Shown: one piece after another, positions 17,253 to 24,000 of the stretch
How the letters are laid out: each line of letters opens with the position of its first letter
Numbering within the stretch: the stretch's first letter is position 1
Origin: Chloroflexota bacterium
GTDB taxonomy: Bacteria; Chloroflexota; Anaerolineae; B4-G1; SLSP01
Reading direction: 5' to 3'
DNA length: 24,000 nucleotides
Assembly (NCBI GenBank): GCA_019873645.1
Contig: JAIOAX010000050.1
Location: forward strand, 1-24,000
Position numbers and translations under genes: made by a program
The notes under the pieces: generated by a model
What the model saw: only the letters and a program-made list of their open reading frames with translations
What the model was told of the DNA's origin: nothing
The model's database searches: none

Positions 17253-17304
17253 AGAATGCTCATCTCCAAAGATAAAGCATTTTCTCTAAGTAGCACGAAT
17301 TCGA

Positions 17305-18063
17305 TTAGCGGTTCTGTTTGCCGATCATCGTCTCCAAATGCGCGATAATGTCCATAGCGCGCTGTTCCTGCTCCGCGAGCGTTGAGAGCCAGCGGTCGGC
17401 GGCGGAGTAGACGTCCTCGTCGGGCGCGGGCGTATCAATCGCCTGTCTGAGGTTGCCGGTTAGACCCCCGTCGAGCTGCAAGAGCATCCGCAAGATCGCC
17501 ATCATGCTGTAACCGGCGCGGATGAGCATCCGAATCACCCGCAGCCGGCCGATCTCCGCCGCGCCGTAGTACCGGTAGCCGTTGTCGGGATCGCGCGGTA
17601 CATCGAGCAATCCGTTGCGTTCCCAGTTGCGCAGCATATCCACGCTGACCCCCAGCAATTTCGCCGTTTCACCGATGCGCAAGGGCGCGCGTGTGGCGTC
17701 GGCGGCCATCCCTTGCGCCCAGCGTTCCAGCAGACGCACAGCGCTTTCGGCGTGGGCGCGCTCGGCTTGCACCAGCGCCAGGTGCGCGTAGCCGGCTTCA
17801 AGCGCACCGCCCAGATCGCCGGTGGCGGCCTGTTTGACCAGTTTCACAACCGATTGACGAATCGCTTTGCCGGGCCACGCGCCGCGAAAGGCCAACCGCG
17901 CCAGGATCATACAATCGGCATGAAACTCGGTGAACTGCCGGTAACCGCCAGGGGTACGCAGCACGGGCGGGATGAACCCTAACGTTTCATAGAGCCGCAC
18001 CGTGTTGGGATGGCACCCGGCGGCTTTGGCAATGTCGGACGTGCGTAGATATTTTTCGTTCAT
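17305..18063 (-). CDS. MerR-family transcriptional regulator with two tandem MerR HTH domains
   Basis: The first HTH is YLRTSDIAKAAGCHPNTVRLYETLGFIPPVLRTPGGYRQF. The second is LRIGETAKLLGVSVDMLRNWERNGLLDVPRDPDNGYRYYGAAEIGRL. Confidence 0.85.
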   Translation of the reverse strand: MNEKYLRTSDIAKAAGCHPNTVRLYETLGFIPPVLRTPGGYRQFTEFHADCMILARLAFRGAWPGKAIRQSVVKLVKQAATGDLGGALEAGYAHLALVQAERAHAESAVRLLERWAQGMAADATRAPLRIGETAKLLGVSVDMLRNWERNGLLDVPRDPDNGYRYYGAAEIGRLRVIRMLIRAGYSMMAILRMLLQLDGGLTGNLRQAIDTPAPDEDVYSAADRWLSTLAEQEQRAMDIIAHLETMIGKQNR

Positions 18064-18074
18064 GGCGTAGTTTC

Positions 18075-18107
18075 ATCCTTGCGAAGGTCCTAAACCTCCG
18101 CAAGGAT
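18075..18107 (-). promoter_or_regulatory. Perfect 9-bp inverted repeat between the membrane gene stop and the MerR start
   Basis: ATCCTTGCG, 15 nt, CGCAAGGAT. In mRNA sense the 3' arm contains the only SD-like AAGGA, 12 nt before the MerR ATG. Confidence 0.4.
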
Positions 18108-18111
18108 TCTT

Positions 18112-19233
18112 TCAATAGCCGAAGAGTTTCCGCGCCAGCCAGCCGAGCGCGGTGAACATGCTGCCGATGAACGTGCCGCCGTCGCTGCGCAGGATGACGA
18201 ATGGCTCGCTCGGCACGCCGAAGAACGGGCGCAGCGCCCACGCCATTTGCGTGCCAACGAAGGCGTAGATGACCAGCCACGTCGTCAGGATGCGCCATTG
18301 CCGCACATCCAGCGCATGGCGTTGGACGTGGCGCATCCCCTGGCGCAGGAACGATAATCCCCACCAACTGCTGATCCCCAGGATGATGACGTTGAGCAAA
18401 ATGAGAATCGTGTATTGCTCGCCGATCGTCAACCAGAAGAAGAGCGAAATCGAGGCGAAGGCCAGGCTCAGTGCCCCGGTGATGGTAACGGCGGCCATCA
18501 TCAGCGTTGTCGTCTGTTGGAACGTCAACTGCGAGAGCGCAGCGTTGCCGACGCTGCTAAAAAAGTCGCGGCCTTCCAGCGGCACGCCGAAAAACGGGCG
18601 CAGGGCATAGCTGAGCTGCGCGCCGATGAGGCCGTATAGCAGCAGCCAGCCTATCAACACCAGTGTGCGTACCCCGCCGCGCACGAACAGGTTGAACCAC
18701 CTGCCGAACGTCATCCGCTCCGGTGGCTGGCTCTCGTTGGCGTATAGCATGCCCTGGACGAGGAAGATCAGGCCGAGTACTGCGCACAGACCCAGCGCGC
18801 CGATGTTGAGCAGCACAAGGAGGTTCGCGTCGGTCCCGCTGAGCAGAAAGAGCAGGCTGATGGGCGTGACGCCCAGCGCCAGCACCGCCGTGACGGCCTG
18901 TGAGGTGAGGATCAACGTGGTCATTTGCAGGAAGCGCAACCGCGAACCGAACAGCACGCTAAAGTAGTAAAGCGTCGGCAGGCAGATCAGCCCGCTGATG
19001 AGAAACAGTGCGGGCAGTTTGACGATTCCCCAGAGCGACGGCCCCAGCGTGTGCCCGCTCAGCCCGGCGACCGCGCCAAAGACGCCGAAGCCAAGCGCAA
19101 TGAGGATGAGCAAATGCAGAATCTTATCTGATAAGCCCTGGCTTTGGCCGATTTCGGCGAAATACGCGGTACGCGCGCGGAGGATACGTTCAACAATGGC
19201 AAAGGCGCTCAGGATGTGTTGCAGCGCAGACAT
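18112..19233 (-). CDS. Polytopic membrane protein of unrecognised family with repeated ALRPFFGVP motif
   Basis: About 9-10 hydrophobic segments. GAQLSYALRPFFGVP and GTQMAWALRPFFGVP end the two halves. Start placed at ATG 19233 (GAGGAG with 6-nt spacer) rather than GTG 19239. Confidence 0.75.
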   Translation of the reverse strand: MSALQHILSAFAIVERILRARTAYFAEIGQSQGLSDKILHLLILIALGFGVFGAVAGLSGHTLGPSLWGIVKLPALFLISGLICLPTLYYFSVLFGSRLRFLQMTTLILTSQAVTAVLALGVTPISLLFLLSGTDANLLVLLNIGALGLCAVLGLIFLVQGMLYANESQPPERMTFGRWFNLFVRGGVRTLVLIGWLLLYGLIGAQLSYALRPFFGVPLEGRDFFSSVGNAALSQLTFQQTTTLMMAAVTITGALSLAFASISLFFWLTIGEQYTILILLNVIILGISSWWGLSFLRQGMRHVQRHALDVRQWRILTTWLVIYAFVGTQMAWALRPFFGVPSEPFVILRSDGGTFIGSMFTALGWLARKLFGY

Positions 19234-19326
19234 ACGCACCTCCTCACAAAATAGTCATGGGGGCGTTAGTCGGATAGTCGTCAATCAGACAGTCCGTTGA
19301 AAGCCGTTCAATCTATTCCGAAAATG

Positions 19327-19453
19327 GTCAGCGGATTAAGCAGATTGAGCAGATTTATGCAACAATTGAAAGCTAATCCGTTCAAATCCGTTTAATCCGT
19401 TGACATGCATTTTCATGCTGGGTTGAGCGCGTCGCTCATGATGTCTGTTGACA
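19327..19453 (+). repeat. Right copy of the ~125-135-nt element (9-mer hairpin plus unique tail)
   Basis: Same order and orientation as 13977-14112. Tail TTGACATGCATTTTCATGCTGGGTTGAGCGCGTCGCTCATGA. It overlaps the last ~13 codons and the stop of coaE. Confidence 0.85.
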
Positions 19454-20102
19454 TTTTTATGTTTTTCCACGCGGCGATGACCTGCGCGCGGGTTTCGTCG
19501 AGGCTGCCACTGGTATTGATGACCACATCGGCGCGGGCGAGCTTCTCGGCTTGCGGCGGCTGCGCATGGATGCGGCGCAAGGCGTCCTCACGGGTGAGGC
19601 CACGAGAGCGCATTAGCCGCGCGAGTTGCTCTGCTTCCGGGCATGTGGTCACCCAGATGGCGTCGTAATGATCGGCGATGCCGCTTTCCAGCAGTTTGAT
19701 GGCTTCCACAACGACGACCGGCGCACGGCTTGCAGCGATGCGCGCTTCGATGATAGTGATGATGGGAGGATGCGTCAGTTGTTCCAGCCGCGCCAATGCT
19801 TCCGGGTCGCTAAAGACGATGTCGCCGAGCTTGCGGCGATCAATGGTACCATCGGGGGCGAGGATACCCGTCCCAAACGCGGCAATGACGGCCGGATACG
19901 CGACGCCCTCGGGGGCGATGACCGCATGGGCGACCTGATCTGCGTCAATACGTTCGGCCCCCAATTCTACCAGCATCCGCCCGACGACAGATTTCCCCGT
20001 GGCAATGTTGCCGGTTAGCCCGATGCGATATGGGGGGGTAGGGAGTAGGGAGTAGGGATTGGGGATTGGAGATTGGGAATTGGAAATCAGCGAATCGGCC
20101 AT
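19413..20102 (-). CDS. coaE: Dephospho-CoA kinase
   Basis: P-loop IGLTGNIATGKS and typical CoaE length and order. Preceded by a ~24-aa N-terminal extension encoded by the heptamer array. No other canonical start lies before the P-loop. Confidence 0.85.
   Translation of the reverse strand: MADSLISNSQSPIPNPYSLLPTPPYRIGLTGNIATGKSVVGRMLVELGAERIDADQVAHAVIAPEGVAYPAVIAAFGTGILAPDGTIDRRKLGDIVFSDPEALARLEQLTHPPIITIIEARIAASRAPVVVVEAIKLLESGIADHYDAIWVTTCPEAEQLARLMRSRGLTREDALRRIHAQPPQAEKLARADVVINTSGSLDETRAQVIAAWKNIKMSTDIMSDALNPA
20033..20086. repeat. Inverted copy of the TCCCNAN heptamer array (G-rich on + strand)
   Basis: G7 run, then gtaggga gtaggga gtaggga ttgggga ttggaga ttgggaa ttggaaa. It lies inside the coaE 5' coding region. 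Confidence 0.9.
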
Positions 20103-20120
20103 CTGTTTGGTGCTCCCCCG

Positions 20121-20162
20121 TTACTCATTCCTGATTACTTTCTACCAATTACCGATTACCAG
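20121..20162 (+). repeat. TTACNNN heptamer array
   Basis: ttactca ttcctga ttacttt ctaccaa ttaccga ttaccag. Same orientation as 3610-3634. It contains the ABC-F stop codon (20156-20158). Confidence 0.8.
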
Positions 20163-22069
20163 CCCCCGCTTAATTCTGCCACGCTCGCCCACTGTTCCAG
20201 AAGCTGATTCAACTCCGCCTCGACCTGATGATATTCCGTGCCGAGTCTGGCGACGCGGTTCACATCTTGGACACGCCCGGCCAGTTCCAAAGCGGTTGTC
20301 AACTCGCGCAGGTGTGTCTCCAGGACATGGATTTGGGTTTCCAGGGCGTCTAACTGTTTCTGTTGACGCGCCAGGGCGCGTTCGCGCTCACGCGCGATCT
20401 GGCGCGCGGCTTCCCGACGCGCCCGGTTTTCCTCCTCGCGGCGCTGCAAGCTCGGTGCCCCACCGCTGCGATATTCTTGATGCCATGCGGCATAAGCGGG
20501 ATAGCCTTCCTCGAAAACGTGTAATTTTCCATCGGCGATGGCCCACACCTGCGTGGCGATTTCGCGGATGAGATAACGGTCATGGCTGACCAGGAGCACC
20601 GTTCCGTTGAAGCTGGAGATGACGTCTTGCAGCACTTCTTGCGAAGGAATGTCCAAATGGTTGGTCGGCTCATCCAGCAGCAGGAAGTTGGCCTTTTCCA
20701 GCGCCAGGATCGCCAACGCTACCCGCGCGCGTTCGCCGCCAGAGAGCACGCCGACATCCTTGAAGACATCATCGCCGCGGAAGCCGTAGCGCGCCAGAAA
20801 CGAGCGTGTCTCGGCGACGGAGTCCATCCCCGCGTCAAGGAGTGTATCCAACACACTTTTCCCCGCAACCAGATGCTCTTGCACTTGCGCGAAATAGCCG
20901 ATATGCACCGCCGCGCCGATGCGCACCCGTCCATGTAAGGGCCGAATCTCGCGCAGGATCGTGCGCAGCAATGTCGTTTTGCCGGAGCCGTTTGGCCCGA
21001 CCAGCGCCACGCGCTGACGACGGCGAATTTCGGCTTCCTCAACTGTGAGCAGCGGGGTCTCTGGGGTGTAACCGACTTGCAGGTTATACAGGCCAAGAAC
21101 CAGGTCGCCGCTGCGTAAGGTCGTTTGCAGGTTGATGTGAATGGATTGCTGTTCAATAGGCCGCTCGAGGCGTTCTACCCGTTCCAGACGCCGCAGCCGT
21201 CCTTTGGCCTGCGCAGTGCGTTGTCCGGCCATGTAGCGGCGGATGTAATCCTCGGTTTTGGCGATTTCCTGTTGCTGGGTCTCGTAAGCAATCCGTTGTT
21301 GTCGTCGGCGTTCGGCGCGCTGCTGGACGTAAGCGGTATAGTTGCCACGATAGGCCTCAATGCGACCGAATTCCATCTCGATGACACGATTGGCGACGGT
21401 GTCCAGGAACTCGCGGTCGTGCGCCACAACGATAATACCGCCCTTCCAGCTCTTAAGTTGCTCTTCCAGCCACTCGATGCCTTCCAGGTCAAGGTGATTG
21501 GTCGGCTCGTCAAGCAACAGCAGGTCGGGTTCCTCCAACAACAAACGCGCCAAAAGCGCGCGCGTCTGCTCGCCGCCGCTGAGATAGGCCACCGGCATGT
21601 CGAACTCGTCCTTGCGGAATCCCAGGCCGCCGAGCACCTGCCCGATGCGCGCTTCGTAGGTGAAGCCGCCCGCTTGCTCGAATTTCTCCAGAAGCATGCC
21701 GTAACGGGCCAGTGCGGCCTCACGTTCGACCTCATCAGGTGAGGCCATTTGCTCCTCCAGGCGGTGCAGCGTCTCTTGCTGGGCCTGGAGATCGGCAAAC
21801 ACGGCTTTCATGGCTTCCCACAACGTCCCTGCGCTTTTGAAATGGGGGATTTGGGGCAGATAACCGATGCGGATGTCGCGCGCGCGGCTCACCGTTCCGG
21901 CGTCTGGCTCTTGCAGGCCGGCAATGATGTCCAGTAAGGTGCTCTTCCCGCAGCCGTTGACGCCCACCAGCGCCACACAGTCGCTTGGGTGGACCTCGAA
22001 GGAAACTTGCGCGAAAATCTCATCTGGCCCGAAGTATTTGGCTAAATTAGATACCGATAGAAGTGCCAT
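20156..22069 (-). CDS. ABC-F family ATPase (two ABC domains, C-terminal coiled coil; Uup/YheS-like)
   Basis: Two Walker A motifs (GVNGCGKST, GPNGSGKTT), two signature motifs (LSGGEQ, LSGGER) and Walker B LLLLDEPTNHLD twice. Start moved to ATG 22069 (MALLSVSNLAKYFG). Confidence 0.9.
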   Translation of the reverse strand: MALLSVSNLAKYFGPDEIFAQVSFEVHPSDCVALVGVNGCGKSTLLDIIAGLQEPDAGTVSRARDIRIGYLPQIPHFKSAGTLWEAMKAVFADLQAQQETLHRLEEQMASPDEVEREAALARYGMLLEKFEQAGGFTYEARIGQVLGGLGFRKDEFDMPVAYLSGGEQTRALLARLLLEEPDLLLLDEPTNHLDLEGIEWLEEQLKSWKGGIIVVAHDREFLDTVANRVIEMEFGRIEAYRGNYTAYVQQRAERRRQQRIAYETQQQEIAKTEDYIRRYMAGQRTAQAKGRLRRLERVERLERPIEQQSIHINLQTTLRSGDLVLGLYNLQVGYTPETPLLTVEEAEIRRRQRVALVGPNGSGKTTLLRTILREIRPLHGRVRIGAAVHIGYFAQVQEHLVAGKSVLDTLLDAGMDSVAETRSFLARYGFRGDDVFKDVGVLSGGERARVALAILALEKANFLLLDEPTNHLDIPSQEVLQDVISSFNGTVLLVSHDRYLIREIATQVWAIADGKLHVFEEGYPAYAAWHQEYRSGGAPSLQRREEENRARREAARQIARERERALARQQKQLDALETQIHVLETHLRELTTALELAGRVQDVNRVARLGTEYHQVEAELNQLLEQWASVAELSGGW

Positions 22070-22078
22070 AATGCTTGA

Positions 22079-22087
22079 ATTATACCA
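22079..22087 (-). promoter_or_regulatory. Extended -10 element TGgTATAAT, 9 nt upstream of the ABC-F ATG
   Basis: The minus-sense sequence reads gtcTGgTATAATtcaagcattATG. There is no SD and no good -35. Confidence 0.4.
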
Positions 22088-22255
22088 GACTTCTGGAAGC
22101 GGAGTGCATTTCAAATTCGGGGTGGCGTCGCAAAAGAAAGCAGCCAGTTGCACCTAATTGATTTGTAGGTTAATATATTGGACTTTGGACAAGCACAACC
22201 GCGCGCAAGGGGCACTTGCACGTAAAGAGCCCCTTTACAACACGTTGATAAGCAC

Positions 22256-23621
22256 TTAGATTGCTGCCGCCGCCCGTTTTTGCCCCTTGATGACCAACGG
22301 ACGGCGGGTTCTGCGGACACCGGCTGTCCCGGCCCGCCGGCCGGGCGATTTATCACAGGGTTGGGGCGGCTGTGCCGGGGTATCCAACTGCCGCATAATG
22401 CGGCCAAAGTCCCATTGCGCCAGCGTGGGCGTGACCCGGCGGTGCTGGATGTGGGGCAGATAGCGCTCCCAGGGACGGGGCTAACATCCGCGCCAACCAG
22501 AGTTGCAGGGAGGCCCACTGCACAATGCGCCCCCAAGCCTCCTCCTGCTCTGTCGGGGGTGTTTGAAACCCGACTAACGTCAGGTGTTGCTTGGTAAAGC
22601 AGAAGTAGTGCGCTAAGCGCGGGTGTTGCCGATACGCCAGGTACGCCTCGGAAGGGCGGATTTCCGCGCGGCGTGTCCTGGCTACCAGCAGCCACAACGG
22701 GTGGTGCCAGACGGGCTGCCCCTCCGCGTCGTACACCACAATGCGGAGCAGGGTGAAAGGGTGCTGATGCCTCAGACAACCCCGCTGGCCGCGCATCCGC
22801 AGATTGTGCCAGGCCTGGATGTCCACCCGGTAAGTCTGCCCAGACGCCCCCGTTTGGAACAACGAGACCTGGGCGGCGGGCGTCGGCCACGTGTTGGGAT
22901 CGGCCAAGTCAAACCGCGCCCCATACCAGGCGGGATGTCCCCGCTGCCCCGCCAGGGCCTCCGGCGGCAGGTAGAAGACGCGGTTGCCACGCACGCGGGC
23001 AATGAGCACAGCATCCGGACACGTGCGCCGCTCGACGAGGCACGCCGGCTGGCTGTAACTGCTGTCGCCCACCACGACCAGCAACTGGGTGTGCCAGGGC
23101 AGATTGGGAGCGGTCAGCAGAGCCTTGAGCTGTTGGATGCCGGTCAACTCCTTGTCCGCCTCACTGCTTACCCGTTTGACCGCTGGCAACACCCAACTCG
23201 CGCTGCCCGCCGGCTCCGTTTCGGGCAGGTAGGCCACCAGGGAATACTGATGGCCGACCACTATTGGCCGATTGCCGGGCGCGGGATTGGGGGCGTACAC
23301 CAGCCCGCGATCGCTCAGGGTGGCGGCATACGGGCGTGGATGGGGACTGCTATCCACCCCGAACAACCAAAAGCGACGGGTCTGGGGTGGGGGCGTCGTC
23401 AGGCCAAGCCAATCCGGCTGCGCGGCGTAGGCCGCAATCCCCTTGTACATTTCGCTGTACCCCCGCCGGAAGCACGACGCCAGACTGTATTCGGCCGGGG
23501 GACTGTACCTGAGGGGGCTCCCCAACGCATCCACCAACTCCATCAACATATCAGCGCGTTTGTCAAAGTGCTGGTACAGTTGCTCGCGGAACTGTTGTAA
23601 GATCAGTTCTGCGGTAGGCAT
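22256..23621 (-). pseudogene. DDE transposase (IS4/IS701-like superfamily, exact family not assignable by eye), frameshifted
   Basis: Candidate Asp motifs FGVDSS and VVVGDSSYS, with a YREK-like region. The reading frame breaks at the G4/C4 run 22477-22480. The shifted frame reads RPWERYLPHIQHRRVTPTLAQWDFGRIMRQLDTPAQPPQPCDKSPGR... and stops at 22256-22258. Confidence 0.65.
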
Positions 23622-23665
23622 ACCTTTACTGGGCCACAGTTTCTAAAAATTGTCCAATGTAACTC

Positions 23666-23694
23666 TTGACATCTCGCCTTTTTTGCTCTATAAT
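23666..23694 (+). promoter_or_regulatory. Perfect consensus sigma70 promoter TTGACA-17 nt-TATAAT
   Basis: TTGACA at 23666-23671 and TATAAT at 23689-23694, about 35 nt upstream of the TetR ATG. Confidence 0.65.
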
Positions 23695-23710
23695 TGAATA
23701 TATATTCAAT
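23693..23710. promoter_or_regulatory. 18-bp perfect palindrome ATTGAATATATATTCAAT, candidate TetR operator
   Basis: It overlaps the last 2 nt of the -10 element and covers the predicted TSS. A TetR-family gene lies immediately downstream. Confidence 0.45.
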
Positions 23711-23729
23711 TTCCAGCAGGAGTCAATCT

Positions 23730-24000
23730 ATGCCTCGTCCTGATGTCAGCATCGAACGCAAACACCAAATCCTGCAGGCCGCTGAGCGCGTCTTTGCCCG
23801 CGAGGGTTTGACCAACACCCGTATGGAGCAAATCGCCGCCGAGGCCGGTTTGAGCGTCGGCATTCTCTACTGGTATTTCAAAGACAAAGATGACTTGATT
23901 TATCAACTGTTGGTCAATTTGACCGAGCAAGACCGGGCAGCGTATCCCAGCTGGCTACAAGCGCCGGGTAGTGTGCGCCAGAAGCTCGAGCGGATATTTA
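23730..24000 (+). CDS. TetR/AcrR-family transcriptional regulator (5' part, runs off the window)
   Basis: Not in the ORF track because no stop falls inside the window. ATG 23730 follows CAGGAG. Translation MPRPDVSIERKHQILQAAERVFAREGLTNTRMEQIAAEAGLSVGILYWYFKDKDDL is a typical TetR N-terminal HTH. Confidence 0.85.
   Translation, partial: MPRPDVSIERKHQILQAAERVFAREGLTNTRMEQIAAEAGLSVGILYWYFKDKDDLIYQLLVNLTEQDRAAYPSWLQAPGSVRQKLERIF

Noticed and set aside
19405-19668. + strand ORF starting MHFHAGLSASLM, with a matching MHFYAGLSASLM start at 14065
   Set aside because: The shared N-terminus is just the repeated tail read in one frame. Downstream, both ORFs run antisense through well-supported genes (coaE, DUF4258).
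22623-23600. 325-aa + strand ORF and the 259-aa - strand ORF 22111..22890 overlapping the transposase
   Set aside because: One is antisense to, and the other off-frame from, the transposase reading frame that carries the DDE-like motifs. Both translations are Arg/Pro/Gly-rich with no motifs.
22182-23657. IS boundaries defined by the inverted TTGGACAA / TTGTCCAA match
   Set aside because: This is only an 8-bp match with no extension and no visible target-site duplication. It is too weak to annotate as mobile element ends.

Overview
High-GC bacterial chromosomal window. PT-rich linkers, a WD40 membrane protein and near-leaderless starts suggest a Chloroflexota-like organism, but that is inference only. 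Most of it is ordinary housekeeping: on the + strand a PHP phosphoesterase, a membrane WD40 protein, sbcD, a lytic transglycosylase, hutI, rluD, tlyA, lepA, an AI-2E transporter and a Gfo/Idh/MocA oxidoreductase; on the - strand coaE and an ABC-F ATPase. Three things are not ordinary. (1) A ~5.3-kb segment (13977-19453) is bracketed by two same-orientation copies of a ~125-135-nt element, and the right copy overlaps the coaE 3' end. It carries a DUF4258 toxin-like gene, an untracked 36-codon hydrophobic peptide ORF, a low-GC3 cassette with its own consensus promoter (two orphan proteins, one with a HicB-like motif, plus a Tat-signal metallophosphoesterase), a tandem-HTH MerR regulator and an unclassified membrane protein. 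(2) Nearly every intergenic spacer is built from degenerate short-period arrays of 7, 8 or 9 nt. These form long hairpins or G-poor/C-rich tracts, with G-quadruplex motifs on the template strand, and they run into the coding ends of tlyA and coaE. (3) A decaying DDE transposase (frameshift in a homopolymer, YREK positions substituted) lies next to a perfect consensus promoter and an 18-bp palindrome in front of a partial TetR gene. No rRNA, tRNA or CRISPR array was seen. All family assignments are by-eye motif recognition and no searches were run.
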